64,000 bases of DNA from assembly GCA_964443565.1 (NCBI GenBank), contig CAYUCT010000002.1, positions 2,036 to 66,035 on the forward strand, written 5' to 3'. The notes beneath the pieces are model-generated. The model saw nothing but the letters and a program-made list of their open reading frames with translations. It was not told the DNA's origin and did not search any database. The translations under genes and the position numbers were made by a program. Shown here piece after piece: positions 20,058 to 28,976 of this stretch. How positions within the stretch are numbered: position 1 is the stretch's first letter; every line of letters starts with the position of its first letter. This DNA is from Candidatus Woesearchaeota archaeon. GTDB taxonomy: Archaea; Nanobdellota; Nanobdellia; Pacearchaeales; UBA284.

Positions 20058-21527
20058 ATGAATAATAAAGAAAAGTCAACTGAAATGAAAAAAGAAGAAA
20101 TGGGAATTACTGTAAAGAAAGATGAAGATTTTTCTGAGTGGTATCAGCAAATGATTATCAAGGGAGATGTTGCCGATTATAGTCTTGTTTCCGGATGTAT
20201 TATCTTTAAGCCAACAATTTATGCGGTCTGGGAAAAAATTAAAGAAGAATGTGATAAAAGATTTAAAAAAATTGGGATAAAAAATGTTTATTTCCCTTTA
20301 TTAATTCCAGAATCATTATTAAAAAAAGAAGCGACACATTTAGAAAGTTTTTCCCCCGAAGTTGCTTGGGTAACCCATAGTGGAGAAACAAAATTATCTG
20401 AAAGATTAGCAATCAGACCAACATCTGAGACAATAATGTATGATTCTTATTCTAAATGGATTCGTTCTTGGAAAGATTTACCTTTAAGATTAAATCAATG
20501 GAATAATGTTTTAAGATGGGAATTTAAACATCCTGTTCCATTTTTAAGATCAAGAGAATTTTTATGGAATGAGGGGCATACTGCTTTTGCAACAAAAAAA
20601 GAAGCAGAAGCAGAAAAAGAACAGATACTTAATATTTATGAAGAGATATTAAAAGATTATCTTGCACTTCCTTCATTAATTGGTAAAAAATCTAAAGCAG
20701 AAACATTTGCCGGAGCAGAATATACCATCAGTTGTGAACATTATTTACCAAATGGAAGGGCAATTCAAGGACCAGATTTTCACCATGATGGACAAATATT
20801 TTCTAAAGCATATAACATCAAATTTTTAGATAAAAACGGAAAAGAAGATTATGTATATCAAAATACATTTGCTATAAGTACTAGAGAGATAGGTGTAATG
20901 CTTGCAATGCACGGAGATGATAAGGGAGTAATAATTCCCCCAATGCTCGCACCAAATAAATGTGTAATTGTCCCTATTCTTTTTGAAAATTCTAAAAAAC
21001 AAATTTTAGAAAAAAGCAAGGACATATTTAATAAATTAGAAGAATTTTCCCCAATTATAGACGATAGAGAAGATTATTCTGCTGGTTGGAAGTTTCATGA
21101 ATGGGAATTAAAAGGAATTCCATTAAGAATTGAAATTGGCCCAAAAGATTTAGAAAATAAACAAGTAATTTTAGTTCGAAGGGATAATAATGAAAAGAAA
21201 ATCGTTAAAATTATTGCAATTCAAAAAGAAATAAAAATAATTTTAGACAAAATGCAGAAAGATTTGTATACAAAAGCAGAAAAATTATTAAAAGAAAATA
21301 TTACCGAAGCAAAAACCTTTGATGATTTTAAAAAAGCTATAGAACATAAAAAAATTGTTTATATTCCTTGGTGTGAAAATGAAAAATGCATGGATAAAAT
21401 AAAAGAAAAGACAGAATCGGTTAAAAGTTTAAATTCTCCATTAGATCAAAAAGAATTAAAAAACGTAAAATGTGTTGTTTGCGGAAATTCTGCAAAAAAA
21501 TATTTTTACTTCGGTAAAAGTTATTAA
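20058..21527 (+). CDS. proS: Prolyl-tRNA synthetase, archaeal/eukaryal-type class II with a C-terminal zinc-binding domain.
   Basis: Class II motifs (FKPTIYAVWE..., LAIRPTSET, FLRSREFLWNEGHTAF, GRAIQGP). C-terminal CVVCG. Length ~480 aa. Confidence 0.85.
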   Translation: MNNKEKSTEMKKEEMGITVKKDEDFSEWYQQMIIKGDVADYSLVSGCIIFKPTIYAVWEKIKEECDKRFKKIGIKNVYFPLLIPESLLKKEATHLESFSPEVAWVTHSGETKLSERLAIRPTSETIMYDSYSKWIRSWKDLPLRLNQWNNVLRWEFKHPVPFLRSREFLWNEGHTAFATKKEAEAEKEQILNIYEEILKDYLALPSLIGKKSKAETFAGAEYTISCEHYLPNGRAIQGPDFHHDGQIFSKAYNIKFLDKNGKEDYVYQNTFAISTREIGVMLAMHGDDKGVIIPPMLAPNKCVIVPILFENSKKQILEKSKDIFNKLEEFSPIIDDREDYSAGWKFHEWELKGIPLRIEIGPKDLENKQVILVRRDNNEKKIVKIIAIQKEIKIILDKMQKDLYTKAEKLLKENITEAKTFDDFKKAIEHKKIVYIPWCENEKCMDKIKEKTESVKSLNSPLDQKELKNVKCVVCGNSAKKYFYFGKSY

Positions 21528-21539
21528 AAACCAATAAAA

Positions 21540-22271
21540 ATGGAAAAAACAGAAGATATTTCTAATAAAAGTATTAATTCTGAAGGGAAGATTATTGGAA
21601 TTGGTGCAGAAGCAATTTTGATAAAAGAAAATAATTTATTAAAAAAAGTTAGAATAAGAAAAAATTATCGGCATGAAAAAATAGATGAAACCCTAAGAAA
21701 ATTAAGAACACGAAAAGAAGCAAAAATTTTAACTAAACTTTCAGAATTTAAAATTTCTCCAAAAATTTACAAAGTAGATGAATTTTCAAAAGAAATTATT
21801 ATGGATTATTTAGAAGGAGAAAGATTAAGTGAAACGTTAGACAGTTATAGCATTAAAAAACAAAAAGAAATTGCAAAAGAAATTGGAAAAAATATTTCAA
21901 TTTTACATTCACTGAACATTATTCACGGAGATTTAACTACCAGCAACATGATTCTGTCTAATGATTTTAAAAATAATTCTAAAAAAGAAAAAGAAAGAGT
22001 TTATTTTATTGATTTTGGATTAAGTTTTGAATCGCGAAAAGTAGAAGATATGGCCGTGGATTTAAGATTATTAAAACAAGCGATTTGCGCAAAACATTTT
22101 AAAACAGGAGAATTGCTTTTCAAAACAATTTTAGATGAATATCTCATTAATTCAAAAAATAAAAACTCTAAAAAAGTTATTTTACAAATAAAAAATGTTG
22201 AAAATCGTGGGAGATATAAACAAAAACAACTAAGAATAAAGAAGAACGATAAGAAAAAGAATAAGAAATGA
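21540..22271 (+). CDS. bud32: Bud32/PRPK (Kae1-associated) atypical Ser/Thr kinase of the KEOPS complex, with a K-rich tail.
   Basis: GAEAIL glycine-loop analogue, IHGDLTTSNMIL catalytic loop and YFIDFGLS DFG-like motif. ~240 aa. Confidence 0.75.
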   Translation: MEKTEDISNKSINSEGKIIGIGAEAILIKENNLLKKVRIRKNYRHEKIDETLRKLRTRKEAKILTKLSEFKISPKIYKVDEFSKEIIMDYLEGERLSETLDSYSIKKQKEIAKEIGKNISILHSLNIIHGDLTTSNMILSNDFKNNSKKEKERVYFIDFGLSFESRKVEDMAVDLRLLKQAICAKHFKTGELLFKTILDEYLINSKNKNSKKVILQIKNVENRGRYKQKQLRIKKNDKKKNKK

Positions 22272-22361
22272 GAAAATTTACACAAAAAAATACATAAACA
22301 ATCCAAACAATAAACTTTAAAAATCGTCTTTTATTAAGTTTTATGAGGAATATAATACACC

Positions 22362-22559
22362 ATGGGAAGAGTAAAATCATTAGCAATAAAAAGAAGCACT
22401 AGAAAATTAGTTGCTATGTATCCTGAAAAATTTAGTGGAGATTTTGATAAAAATCAAGAAATTCTCTCTAAAATGATTGATACTGAAAAAAAGAATATCA
22501 ATAAAATTGCAGGGTATATTGCTAGAATTATGAAAAAAGAAGAAAAGAAAGGAAATTAA
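22362..22559 (+). CDS. rps17e: 30S ribosomal protein S17e.
   Basis: MGRVKS...KIAGYIARIMKK matches S17e (MGRVRTK...KIAGYVT.LMKR). Confidence 0.8.
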   Translation: MGRVKSLAIKRSTRKLVAMYPEKFSGDFDKNQEILSKMIDTEKKNINKIAGYIARIMKKEEKKGN

Positions 22560-22653
22560 TTATTTTTAATTCTATTTTTATTTATTATTCTAAATAAAAT
22601 TCTATAATTCTTTTATTAAAAAACTATAAAAAGAATGAAATTTTTCTTATTTC

Positions 22654-23883
22654 ATGGAAATATTTTCAGATTTACATATTCATTCTAAATATAGCCGAGC
22701 CACAAGCAAAAATCTAAATTTAGAAAATTTAGAAAAATGGGCGAGAATAAAAGGAATTCATCTTATTGGAACCGGCGATTTTACTCATCCACTTTGGAGT
22801 AAAGAATTAAAACAAGGATTAACTGAAGAAGATGGAATTTTAAAAACAAAAACGGGTTTTAATTTTCTTGCACAAACCGAAGTTTCTTTAGTTTATACTT
22901 ATAATGGAAAAGGCAGAAGAATTCATCTTATTGTTTTAGCGCCAAATTTAGAGGTTGCAGAACAAATAACAGATTATCTTAAAACAAAAGGAAGAGTAGA
23001 TTATGATGGAAGACCAATATTTAATATTTCTTGCGAAGATTTTGTTTATAACATGACTAAAATTTCAAAAGAGATAGAGGTAATTCCGGCCCATGCTTGG
23101 ACACCCTATTTTGGGGTATTTGGTTCAATGACCGGTTATGACTCAATGGATGAAGCATTTAAAGATCAGGTGAAAAATATTCATGCTTTTGAAACAGGAA
23201 TGTCTTCGGATCCAGAAATGAATTGGAGAATTTCGAGTATGGATAAATATTCTCTTGTTTCATTTTCAGATTGCCATAGTTTTTGGCCTTGGAGAATTGG
23301 AAGAGAAACAACAATCTTTGATTTAAAAAAATTAAATTATAAAAATGTAATTGAAGCAATAAGAAAAGAAAATAATGAAAACAAAATAAAGTTTACTATA
23401 GAAACTTCTCCTAGCTATGGCAAATATCATTTTGACGGGCATAGAGATTGCAAATTTTCGTGCTCTCCAAAAGAAAATAAAAAAGATTATCATGATATCT
23501 GTCCTGTTTGTAAAAAACATTTAACCGTGGGGGTTTTAAATCGTATAGAAAAATTAGCAGATAGAGCAGAGGGATTTATTCCAAAAAATGCGGTTCCATT
23601 CAAAACAATTCTTCCATTACATGAGATAATTAGTTTAATTTTAAATTCTTCTGTGTCCTCAAAAAAAGTTTGGGCAGTTTATGATAACCTAATAAATAAA
23701 TTTGGAACAGAATATGAAATACTTTTAAACACAGATATAAAAGAAATTGCGAGAGTTAGTGATGAAAAAATTGCAAATTATGTTTTAAAAAATCGAAATG
23801 GGAAAATAAATGTAAAACCAGGATATGACGGAGAATATGGCGTCCCAATTTTAGATTTAAATAAACAAGAAAAATTACTTTGA
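22654..23883 (+). CDS. PHP-domain metal-dependent phosphoesterase with a C-terminal Cys4 zinc finger. Possibly endonuclease Q-like.
   Basis: DLHIHSKYSRATS PHP motif I and further His/Asp motifs. C-x3-C...C-x2-C cluster at the C-terminus. Size ~410 aa similar to EndoQ. Confidence 0.45.
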   Translation: MEIFSDLHIHSKYSRATSKNLNLENLEKWARIKGIHLIGTGDFTHPLWSKELKQGLTEEDGILKTKTGFNFLAQTEVSLVYTYNGKGRRIHLIVLAPNLEVAEQITDYLKTKGRVDYDGRPIFNISCEDFVYNMTKISKEIEVIPAHAWTPYFGVFGSMTGYDSMDEAFKDQVKNIHAFETGMSSDPEMNWRISSMDKYSLVSFSDCHSFWPWRIGRETTIFDLKKLNYKNVIEAIRKENNENKIKFTIETSPSYGKYHFDGHRDCKFSCSPKENKKDYHDICPVCKKHLTVGVLNRIEKLADRAEGFIPKNAVPFKTILPLHEIISLILNSSVSSKKVWAVYDNLINKFGTEYEILLNTDIKEIARVSDEKIANYVLKNRNGKINVKPGYDGEYGVPILDLNKQEKLL

Positions 23884-23900
23884 TTATTAATTATTTATTT

Positions 23901-24758
23901 TTATCTATTTTTAACAATCTCTTTTTTCATTGAGATTATTTTTCCTTCTTGCAATTCTCTTAAAATAAATCTGGCGGTTCTATCTCCATTAACTTCCCCG
24001 CCTTTTTTTAGAAAATTTTTTCTTTTTCCAATTATTTCAACTAATTCTTCAGAATCATTAACTTTAACATTATAAAATCTTTCAAATTTTCCAGGATATT
24101 TTTTCATTAAATAATCTAAAACATCTTCGGGATTATCAACATTATCATACCCTTTAGAACATAACTCAATATGTCTAGATAAATATTCTACTTTTGTTTC
24201 TCTTTTTTCTTTATCCGGAAAAACTCCGGGGGAATCTATCAAAATGATATTTCTTGTTAAATAAACTTTTTTCTTTCCTTTTGTAAATCCTGATTCTTTA
24301 GATACTTCGGTTTTTCCTGTTCCAGATAATAAATTTATAAGTGAAGATTTTCCGGTATTTGGATAACCAATAACCCCTACAAAAATTTTTTCATTAATTT
24401 TTAATTTTTTTACTTCAATTTTTATTCTTTCTCTGAGTTCTTTAACACCGGTTTTATTTTTAGCAGAAATTGGAATAGGATTTAATTTTCTTATTTTATT
24501 CATTGATTGAATTATTTCGTGTTTTTTCATCAAATCAATCTTATTTAAAATATAAATAATTTTTTTTCCTTTTTGCTTTATTTTTTCTTCAAAAACTAAA
24601 TTTCTTGTTTCATCTATAAACCTTGCGTCTAATATTTCTAAAATAATATTTGATTCATCAATGATTTCATCTACAATTTCCGGAAATTTCTTTTTTTCAT
24701 TACTAAGATTTGAAATATCAAATCTTCTCGGATTATGGAAAGAACTTTTTTCATTCAT
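23901..24758 (-). CDS. Circularly permuted ribosome-biogenesis GTPase (YlqF/RbgA/MMR1-HSR1 family).
   Basis: ILDARFIDETRN (DARxP...RN motif). G4 NKID precedes G1 GYPNTGKSSLIN, which is the permuted order. Confidence 0.7.
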   Translation of the reverse strand: MNEKSSFHNPRRFDISNLSNEKKKFPEIVDEIIDESNIILEILDARFIDETRNLVFEEKIKQKGKKIIYILNKIDLMKKHEIIQSMNKIRKLNPIPISAKNKTGVKELRERIKIEVKKLKINEKIFVGVIGYPNTGKSSLINLLSGTGKTEVSKESGFTKGKKKVYLTRNIILIDSPGVFPDKEKRETKVEYLSRHIELCSKGYDNVDNPEDVLDYLMKKYPGKFERFYNVKVNDSEELVEIIGKRKNFLKKGGEVNGDRTARFILRELQEGKIISMKKEIVKNR

Positions 24759-24800
24759 TTTTTTTATTTTTTTGCTTTATTTAACATCCTATAGGATTTA

Positions 24801-24882
24801 CGCCCGGACCAAGAATCGAACTTGGAAATCCTTGCGGAAATACGCTTTCCAGGCGTACGCATTACCATTGTGCCATCCGGGC
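24801..24882 (-). tRNA. tRNA-Ser (anticodon GGA), class II with a long variable arm.
   Basis: Manual fold: acceptor GCCCGGA/TCCGGGC, G73, anticodon stem TACGC/GCGTA with loop CTGGAAA, variable arm ~15 nt, T-arm CCAAG-TTCGATT-CTTGG. Confidence 0.7.
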
Positions 24883-24883
24883 A

Positions 24884-24955
24884 TGGCCGCACCGAGAATT
24901 GAACTCGGGACTTCGAGCTTATGAGACTCGCACTCTACCACTGAGTTACGCGGCC
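24884..24955 (-). tRNA. tRNA with CAT anticodon and a G1-C72 acceptor pair: elongator tRNA-Met or tRNA-Ile2 (agmatidine-modified). Not an initiator.
   Basis: Manual fold: GGCCGCG acceptor, D-arm ACTC-AGTGGTA-GAGT, anticodon stem CGAGT/GCTCG with loop CTCATAA, T-arm CCGAG-TTCAATT-CTCGG, A73. Confidence 0.75.
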
Positions 24956-25072
24956 AATTTTATGAAATTTCTATGATTTAAAAGATTATTGTTTTGAGGG
25001 GAGAAAGATTTTAATATACTCCCCCCATATAAAAATAATGAATCAAGAAATATCCGCGGGGCGTGAAGAAAA

Positions 25073-25384
25073 ATGTGTATAGATTTAATAATTTTAGGAT
25101 TAATTTTTAATTTTATTGGTTCTTTTATCCTATTCTTAGTATCCTTCTTTGGAAAATGGCATCAAAAAGATTATTCGGGGCATTGGACAAAAAGATATTG
25201 GTGGAATGGCTGGAGACCCATCTTTAAAGTCCATCCGCCAAATGAGAAAGCAAGATGGCAAATAAAACTAAATAGTCATGTTGTTAAAGAAGGATTTATT
25301 CCTCCGAGATATTTATGGAACTCTATTGGTTTCTTATTCATAACCGCTGGTTTCTTTCTTCAGTTATTGAACATACTAAAATAA
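25073..25384 (+). CDS. Small hypothetical membrane protein (two predicted TM segments).
   Basis: Hydrophobic N- and C-terminal segments. No motif. Confidence 0.35.
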   Translation: MCIDLIILGLIFNFIGSFILFLVSFFGKWHQKDYSGHWTKRYWWNGWRPIFKVHPPNEKARWQIKLNSHVVKEGFIPPRYLWNSIGFLFITAGFFLQLLNILK

Positions 25385-25458
25385 TTTTTTTATACCCTGT
25401 TTTTATTTATGTGCAGAAATTAATTTATGCATATGACTGTTTAGAGCAGGGAAGAAAA

Positions 25459-25971
25459 TTAATTACATTCTGTTACAATATCTTTCCAAATACACACCCC
25501 TATATTTCTTTGAAAAGATTTTTCTATACAATTTGGACAAGAAATATTGAATGTTAAGTCTAATTTACCCAAAGGAACATTTAAAGAATTACAAATTTCA
25601 CCATTTAAACATTCCCCGGATTTTATAAAACCTTGATCACATCTGGATTCTTTAGGGGGAATATTACCAAAATTAAATGTGTCTGAAAATGCCCAATCTG
25701 AATAAACCCCCGCGTGGACATCCCCCGTTTCTAATTCTCCAGTATTTAGAATACAGAGAGTTATATCTTCCCCTTGATTCCAAGCAATTCTTCCAGCAGA
25801 TAAATTTCCAGATTCATCACTGTTAATATAAGCTAAAAGAGAAGGAGATGTTAATTGAATTGAATTTGTATAAGTTAAATGACTGTAATAAAATGCTCCA
25901 AATAAAAAAACCATCGAAATAAATGAAATTATTGTTTTGAGAAGAGGAAGAAAATAATTATATCCTTTCAT
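25459..25971 (-). CDS. Hypothetical N-terminally anchored extracellular Cys-rich protein.
   Basis: N-terminal TM, then a Cys-containing C-terminal half (C-x-N-x-E-I-C, CPNC, CIWKDIVTEC). Overlaps the upstream HTH gene by 14 nt, so co-transcribed. Confidence 0.4.
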   Translation of the reverse strand: MKGYNYFLPLLKTIISFISMVFLFGAFYYSHLTYTNSIQLTSPSLLAYINSDESGNLSAGRIAWNQGEDITLCILNTGELETGDVHAGVYSDWAFSDTFNFGNIPPKESRCDQGFIKSGECLNGEICNSLNVPLGKLDLTFNISCPNCIEKSFQRNIGVCIWKDIVTECN

Positions 25972-26182
25972 AATGTCTAAAACTTTTATCTTCTGGATTT
26001 ATACATCTAATAAATCCTTTTTTCTCTAATTCTAAAAGAACTCTACTTATAGAACTTCTATGTTTACTCATTTCTTTTGCTAATTCTGTTGCGGTTTTTG
26101 GTTCAGTCAATCTTTCAAGAACTTCTTTTCTTAATTTGCCTTTCTTAAGAAATATTTTCTTTTTCAGCCCTTTTCTATTCAT
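25958..26182 (-). CDS. Small winged-helix (ArsR/PadR-like) transcription regulator.
   Basis: LTEPKTATELAKEMSKHRSSISRVLLELEKKGFI is a typical HTH recognition helix region. 74 aa. Confidence 0.6.
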   Translation of the reverse strand: MNRKGLKKKIFLKKGKLRKEVLERLTEPKTATELAKEMSKHRSSISRVLLELEKKGFIRCINPEDKSFRHYERI

Positions 26183-26262
26183 ACAAAAAGGGGGTATTAA
26201 ATATTTTAATATAAGAGTAACATAAGCGTAACATTTATAAAAACCAGAATTTAATAATTATT

Positions 26263-26853
26263 ATGAAAAAAGAATTAACATTCATACTATTAATCTCTTT
26301 ATGTATCTCTTTTTTATTTATTTCTGGTTGTACAAGTGACACAAATTATTCAAACCCATCTAAAGTAGAAACTATAACTACTGAACAACAAATGATGACT
26401 AATACACAAGAAGATCTTGCGATTCAACCAAATATATCCATTTTTAAAATCGGAGAAGCGGTAACAGATGATGAGCTCCAGATAACTCTTAATGCAGTAA
26501 GATTTGTTTCAAAAATTGATGAGCAGGATAATGAATATCTGATTGCAGAAGCAGAACCAGATAAACAGTACGTTCTTGTAGACATAACTATTGAAAATAT
26601 TCTTTCAAATAAAACTCAAAGTGTAAGCTCCTTATTTCAAACAATGATTACTGATGATGAAGGATATAATTATGATCTTGATTTTAATGGGTTAATAGCT
26701 CTTGATAGAGGGTTTAAAGACGGAGAAATTCTCCCGGGTATGAAAAAAAGAGGAGAATTGCCTTATTTAGTCCCATTAAATTCTAAAAAATTAAATTTTA
26801 TATTTAAATTTGATTTAATTGGTGGAAAATCTGCCGTTTTTAATATTAAATAA
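26263..26853 (+). CDS. Lipoprotein-like secreted protein, DUF4352-like.
   Basis: Signal peptide with LFISGCTSD lipobox-like Cys. FKIGEAVTDDELQITLNAV resembles the DUF4352 core. Confidence 0.45.
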   Translation: MKKELTFILLISLCISFLFISGCTSDTNYSNPSKVETITTEQQMMTNTQEDLAIQPNISIFKIGEAVTDDELQITLNAVRFVSKIDEQDNEYLIAEAEPDKQYVLVDITIENILSNKTQSVSSLFQTMITDDEGYNYDLDFNGLIALDRGFKDGEILPGMKKRGELPYLVPLNSKKLNFIFKFDLIGGKSAVFNIK

Positions 26854-26856
26854 AAA

Positions 26857-27192
26857 ATGGAAAAACAAACAACAAGTTTCATTTTAGGATTAATGGGTGG
26901 AATTTTTGGTTTTTTTGGTGGAATTTTTGCTTTAGGCGTTGGAGGAATTGGGGAAGCATTTAATTTAAATGATGCTGGAACTTTAACGGCCTTAGGAATT
27001 GTTGCAATTCTTTTTTCAATTGTTGCAATAATCAGTTCTGTTTTAGTAAAAACTAAACCAAAATTAGGAGGATGGATAATGTTATTTTCTGGAATTATTA
27101 TCCTTTTTGCAATTAGTTTATTTGGACTTTTACCATCTGTACTTCTAATTATTGGTGGAATTATTGGATTGAATAGTTCTAAGAAAAAATAA
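26857..27192 (+). CDS. Small Gly-rich membrane protein (3 TM), co-transcribed with the upstream lipoprotein.
   Basis: Three hydrophobic helices rich in G/I. 4-nt spacer from the upstream gene. Confidence 0.4.
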   Translation: MEKQTTSFILGLMGGIFGFFGGIFALGVGGIGEAFNLNDAGTLTALGIVAILFSIVAIISSVLVKTKPKLGGWIMLFSGIIILFAISLFGLLPSVLLIIGGIIGLNSSKKK

Positions 27193-27223
27193 TCAACTAA
27201 ATAAAATTAAATTTTTTTCTTTT

Positions 27224-27898
27224 TTATTTCTCTTTATTCAAAATTCTTTTAACTTGATTGAGATTAATTATTTTTTCTGAATCTAACATTATTCCAGGAC
27301 ATGCAGTGTTGATATATATTGGAATATCCGGAAAATTTTCAAATTGATTTAAATCTAGATTATTAAACACAAACATAAAAATTTCTTTATTTTTAAATTT
27401 TTTAGATAAAAGAATTTGTTTTTTAATTTTTAATGCTTCTTTAATATTATTTTGCCCTGGTTTTACAGTTATTAAAATTCCAATCTTTTTTGATAAAATA
27501 AATTTCTTTTCCAAAATAGATTCTTTTATTTTGGTCTTTTCAGTTTTTGACCTATCAAACTCTTTAAATTCTTTATTTATTGGATTAAATTGAAAAATTG
27601 GTTTAGTTATCTTATTTGAAGTATGCAAAACATGAAAATCCCCAGAATTAAGAAATAAAAAAGCATCTACTTTACTCTGAATTTTTTCAGCAGCTAGAGC
27701 ATTACATCCCAAAATCAATGGATTTGAATAAACAAACACCTTTTTTCCTTTATCTTCTAAAACTTCTTTAAGTTTTGGCAGATGATCTACAAACTGAATT
27801 GTTGAAATTAACCCAATATTCTTAGGTAATAAAGAAAAATTAATAGAATTAAAAAAAAGAAGAAATTTACATTTAGCTGGAATAAACAATGATTTCAT
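27224..27898 (-). CDS. Dph2-like (diphthamide synthesis, radical-SAM-like) protein that apparently lacks the first of the three Cys-bearing domains.
   Basis: LILGCNAL and NTACPGIMLD resemble the domain-2 and domain-3 Cys motifs of archaeal Dph2. Only 224 aa and only 20 nt before the next gene. Confidence 0.3.
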   Translation of the reverse strand: MKSLFIPAKCKFLLFFNSINFSLLPKNIGLISTIQFVDHLPKLKEVLEDKGKKVFVYSNPLILGCNALAAEKIQSKVDAFLFLNSGDFHVLHTSNKITKPIFQFNPINKEFKEFDRSKTEKTKIKESILEKKFILSKKIGILITVKPGQNNIKEALKIKKQILLSKKFKNKEIFMFVFNNLDLNQFENFPDIPIYINTACPGIMLDSEKIINLNQVKRILNKEK

Positions 27899-27918
27899 TC
27901 GATTATTTGCTTAAGTGT

Positions 27919-28299
27919 TTAAGCTACTTCTGTTCTAGGCATCTGCGCCCCTGAGCCCTTATATACTTCTACGAATGAAGGTGATGCTACAACCACGTTT
28001 TCTCCAAATCCTGCTACTGTTCCTTCTAATGCATCAACTGTTTTCTTAAGCTTAGATATCGCTCTTTTCAATTCAACAATATCTTTTGTTTTCAAAGGTC
28101 TTATATCTATAACTGCAATTGTATATCCTTCTCTTAAGATTTCTAAAATTCCGTTGATGTCATCAAATGTTTTTAAGACAAATGGTCTCAAAACAACTTT
28201 GGATTTTTTTGGAGCTTCTCTACCAACATCTACTTCAATATATTCTGGGCTTTGTGTAGAAGTTTCTTCGCCACCAAATATTTTTTTTATAAATGACAT
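27919..28299 (-). CDS. sepF: SepF-like (DUF552) cell-division protein.
   Basis: TIAVIDIRPLKTKDIVELKRAISKLKKTVDALEGTVAGFGENVVVASPSFVEV matches the SepF core. 126 aa, no Cys. Confidence 0.5.
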   Translation of the reverse strand: MSFIKKIFGGEETSTQSPEYIEVDVGREAPKKSKVVLRPFVLKTFDDINGILEILREGYTIAVIDIRPLKTKDIVELKRAISKLKKTVDALEGTVAGFGENVVVASPSFVEVYKGSGAQMPRTEVA

Positions 28300-28375
28300 T
28301 TTAATACCTTTTTTTATGTTTTATATGAAAATGATTATCTTTCTGTTTATAAATTTTTTGTGTCAAAAAAATTGC

Positions 28376-28735
28376 TTAATGTTTCTTAAATTTTTTCAAA
28401 ACATCTTCTCTAGCGTCAATTAATTTTTCTTTTAAAGATTCTTCTTGTTTCTCTATAGAAGTAATTCTCAAATTTAGTAGGTCTTTTTTTCTTGTTAATT
28501 CTTTTTCCATATCTTCTTTATTAGATTTAATCATCAATGTTCCAACAATCTTAAAAATTTCATCTTTGACTTTTAATTTTTTTAATTCTTCTAATGCATT
28601 TGTTGTTTCTATTAATTCCATTTGAAAAACTTGTTTTTGCATTGATAAATTCTGCAATCCTTGCTCAATCATTTGGAGTTCTTCTAATGTAACCCCATTT
28701 AATTCAGAATTAATTTGATTGTCTTTTTTTTCCAT
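28376..28735 (-). CDS. pfdB: Prefoldin beta subunit.
   Basis: Coiled coil, beta hairpin (KIVGTLMIKSNKED), coiled coil; 119 aa. TNALEELKKL and LRITSIEKQEESLKEKL pattern. Confidence 0.65.
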   Translation of the reverse strand: MEKKDNQINSELNGVTLEELQMIEQGLQNLSMQKQVFQMELIETTNALEELKKLKVKDEIFKIVGTLMIKSNKEDMEKELTRKKDLLNLRITSIEKQEESLKEKLIDAREDVLKKFKKH

Positions 28736-28770
28736 TTTGATTATTTAAAAAATTTAAAGGAATTATTATT

Positions 28771-28908
28771 TTAAACTGCTTTAACTTTTTTTATTGCTGT
28801 TCTAGGTTTAAAAAATACTCTTGAATTACAATTAGAACAAACAATTTTTCCTTTTGTTGTTTTTGCTGGAATCTGTTTTCCACAAAAAAAGCATTTGTAT
28901 ATTGTCAT
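28771..28908 (-). CDS. rpoP: DNA-directed RNA polymerase subunit P (Rpo12/RpoP), 45 aa. Not in the supplied ORF track because it is under 60 aa.
   Basis: Translation MTIYKCFFCGKQIPAKTTKGKIVCSNCNSRVFFKPRTAIKKVKAV has the C-x2-C...C-x2-C zinc ribbon and the FKPR motif of RpoP. Confidence 0.6.
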   Translation of the reverse strand: MTIYKCFFCGKQIPAKTTKGKIVCSNCNSRVFFKPRTAIKKVKAV

Positions 28909-28976
28909 TTTTATTTTTTATTAATTTAATTATTTAATATTTAATCTCAAAGGAAATTATTTTGAGTTATTTATTT

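Noticed and set aside
24661-24924. 87-aa ORF on + strand
   Set aside because: Entirely overlaps the two well-folding minus-strand tRNA genes (Ser-GGA, CAT), so it is spurious.
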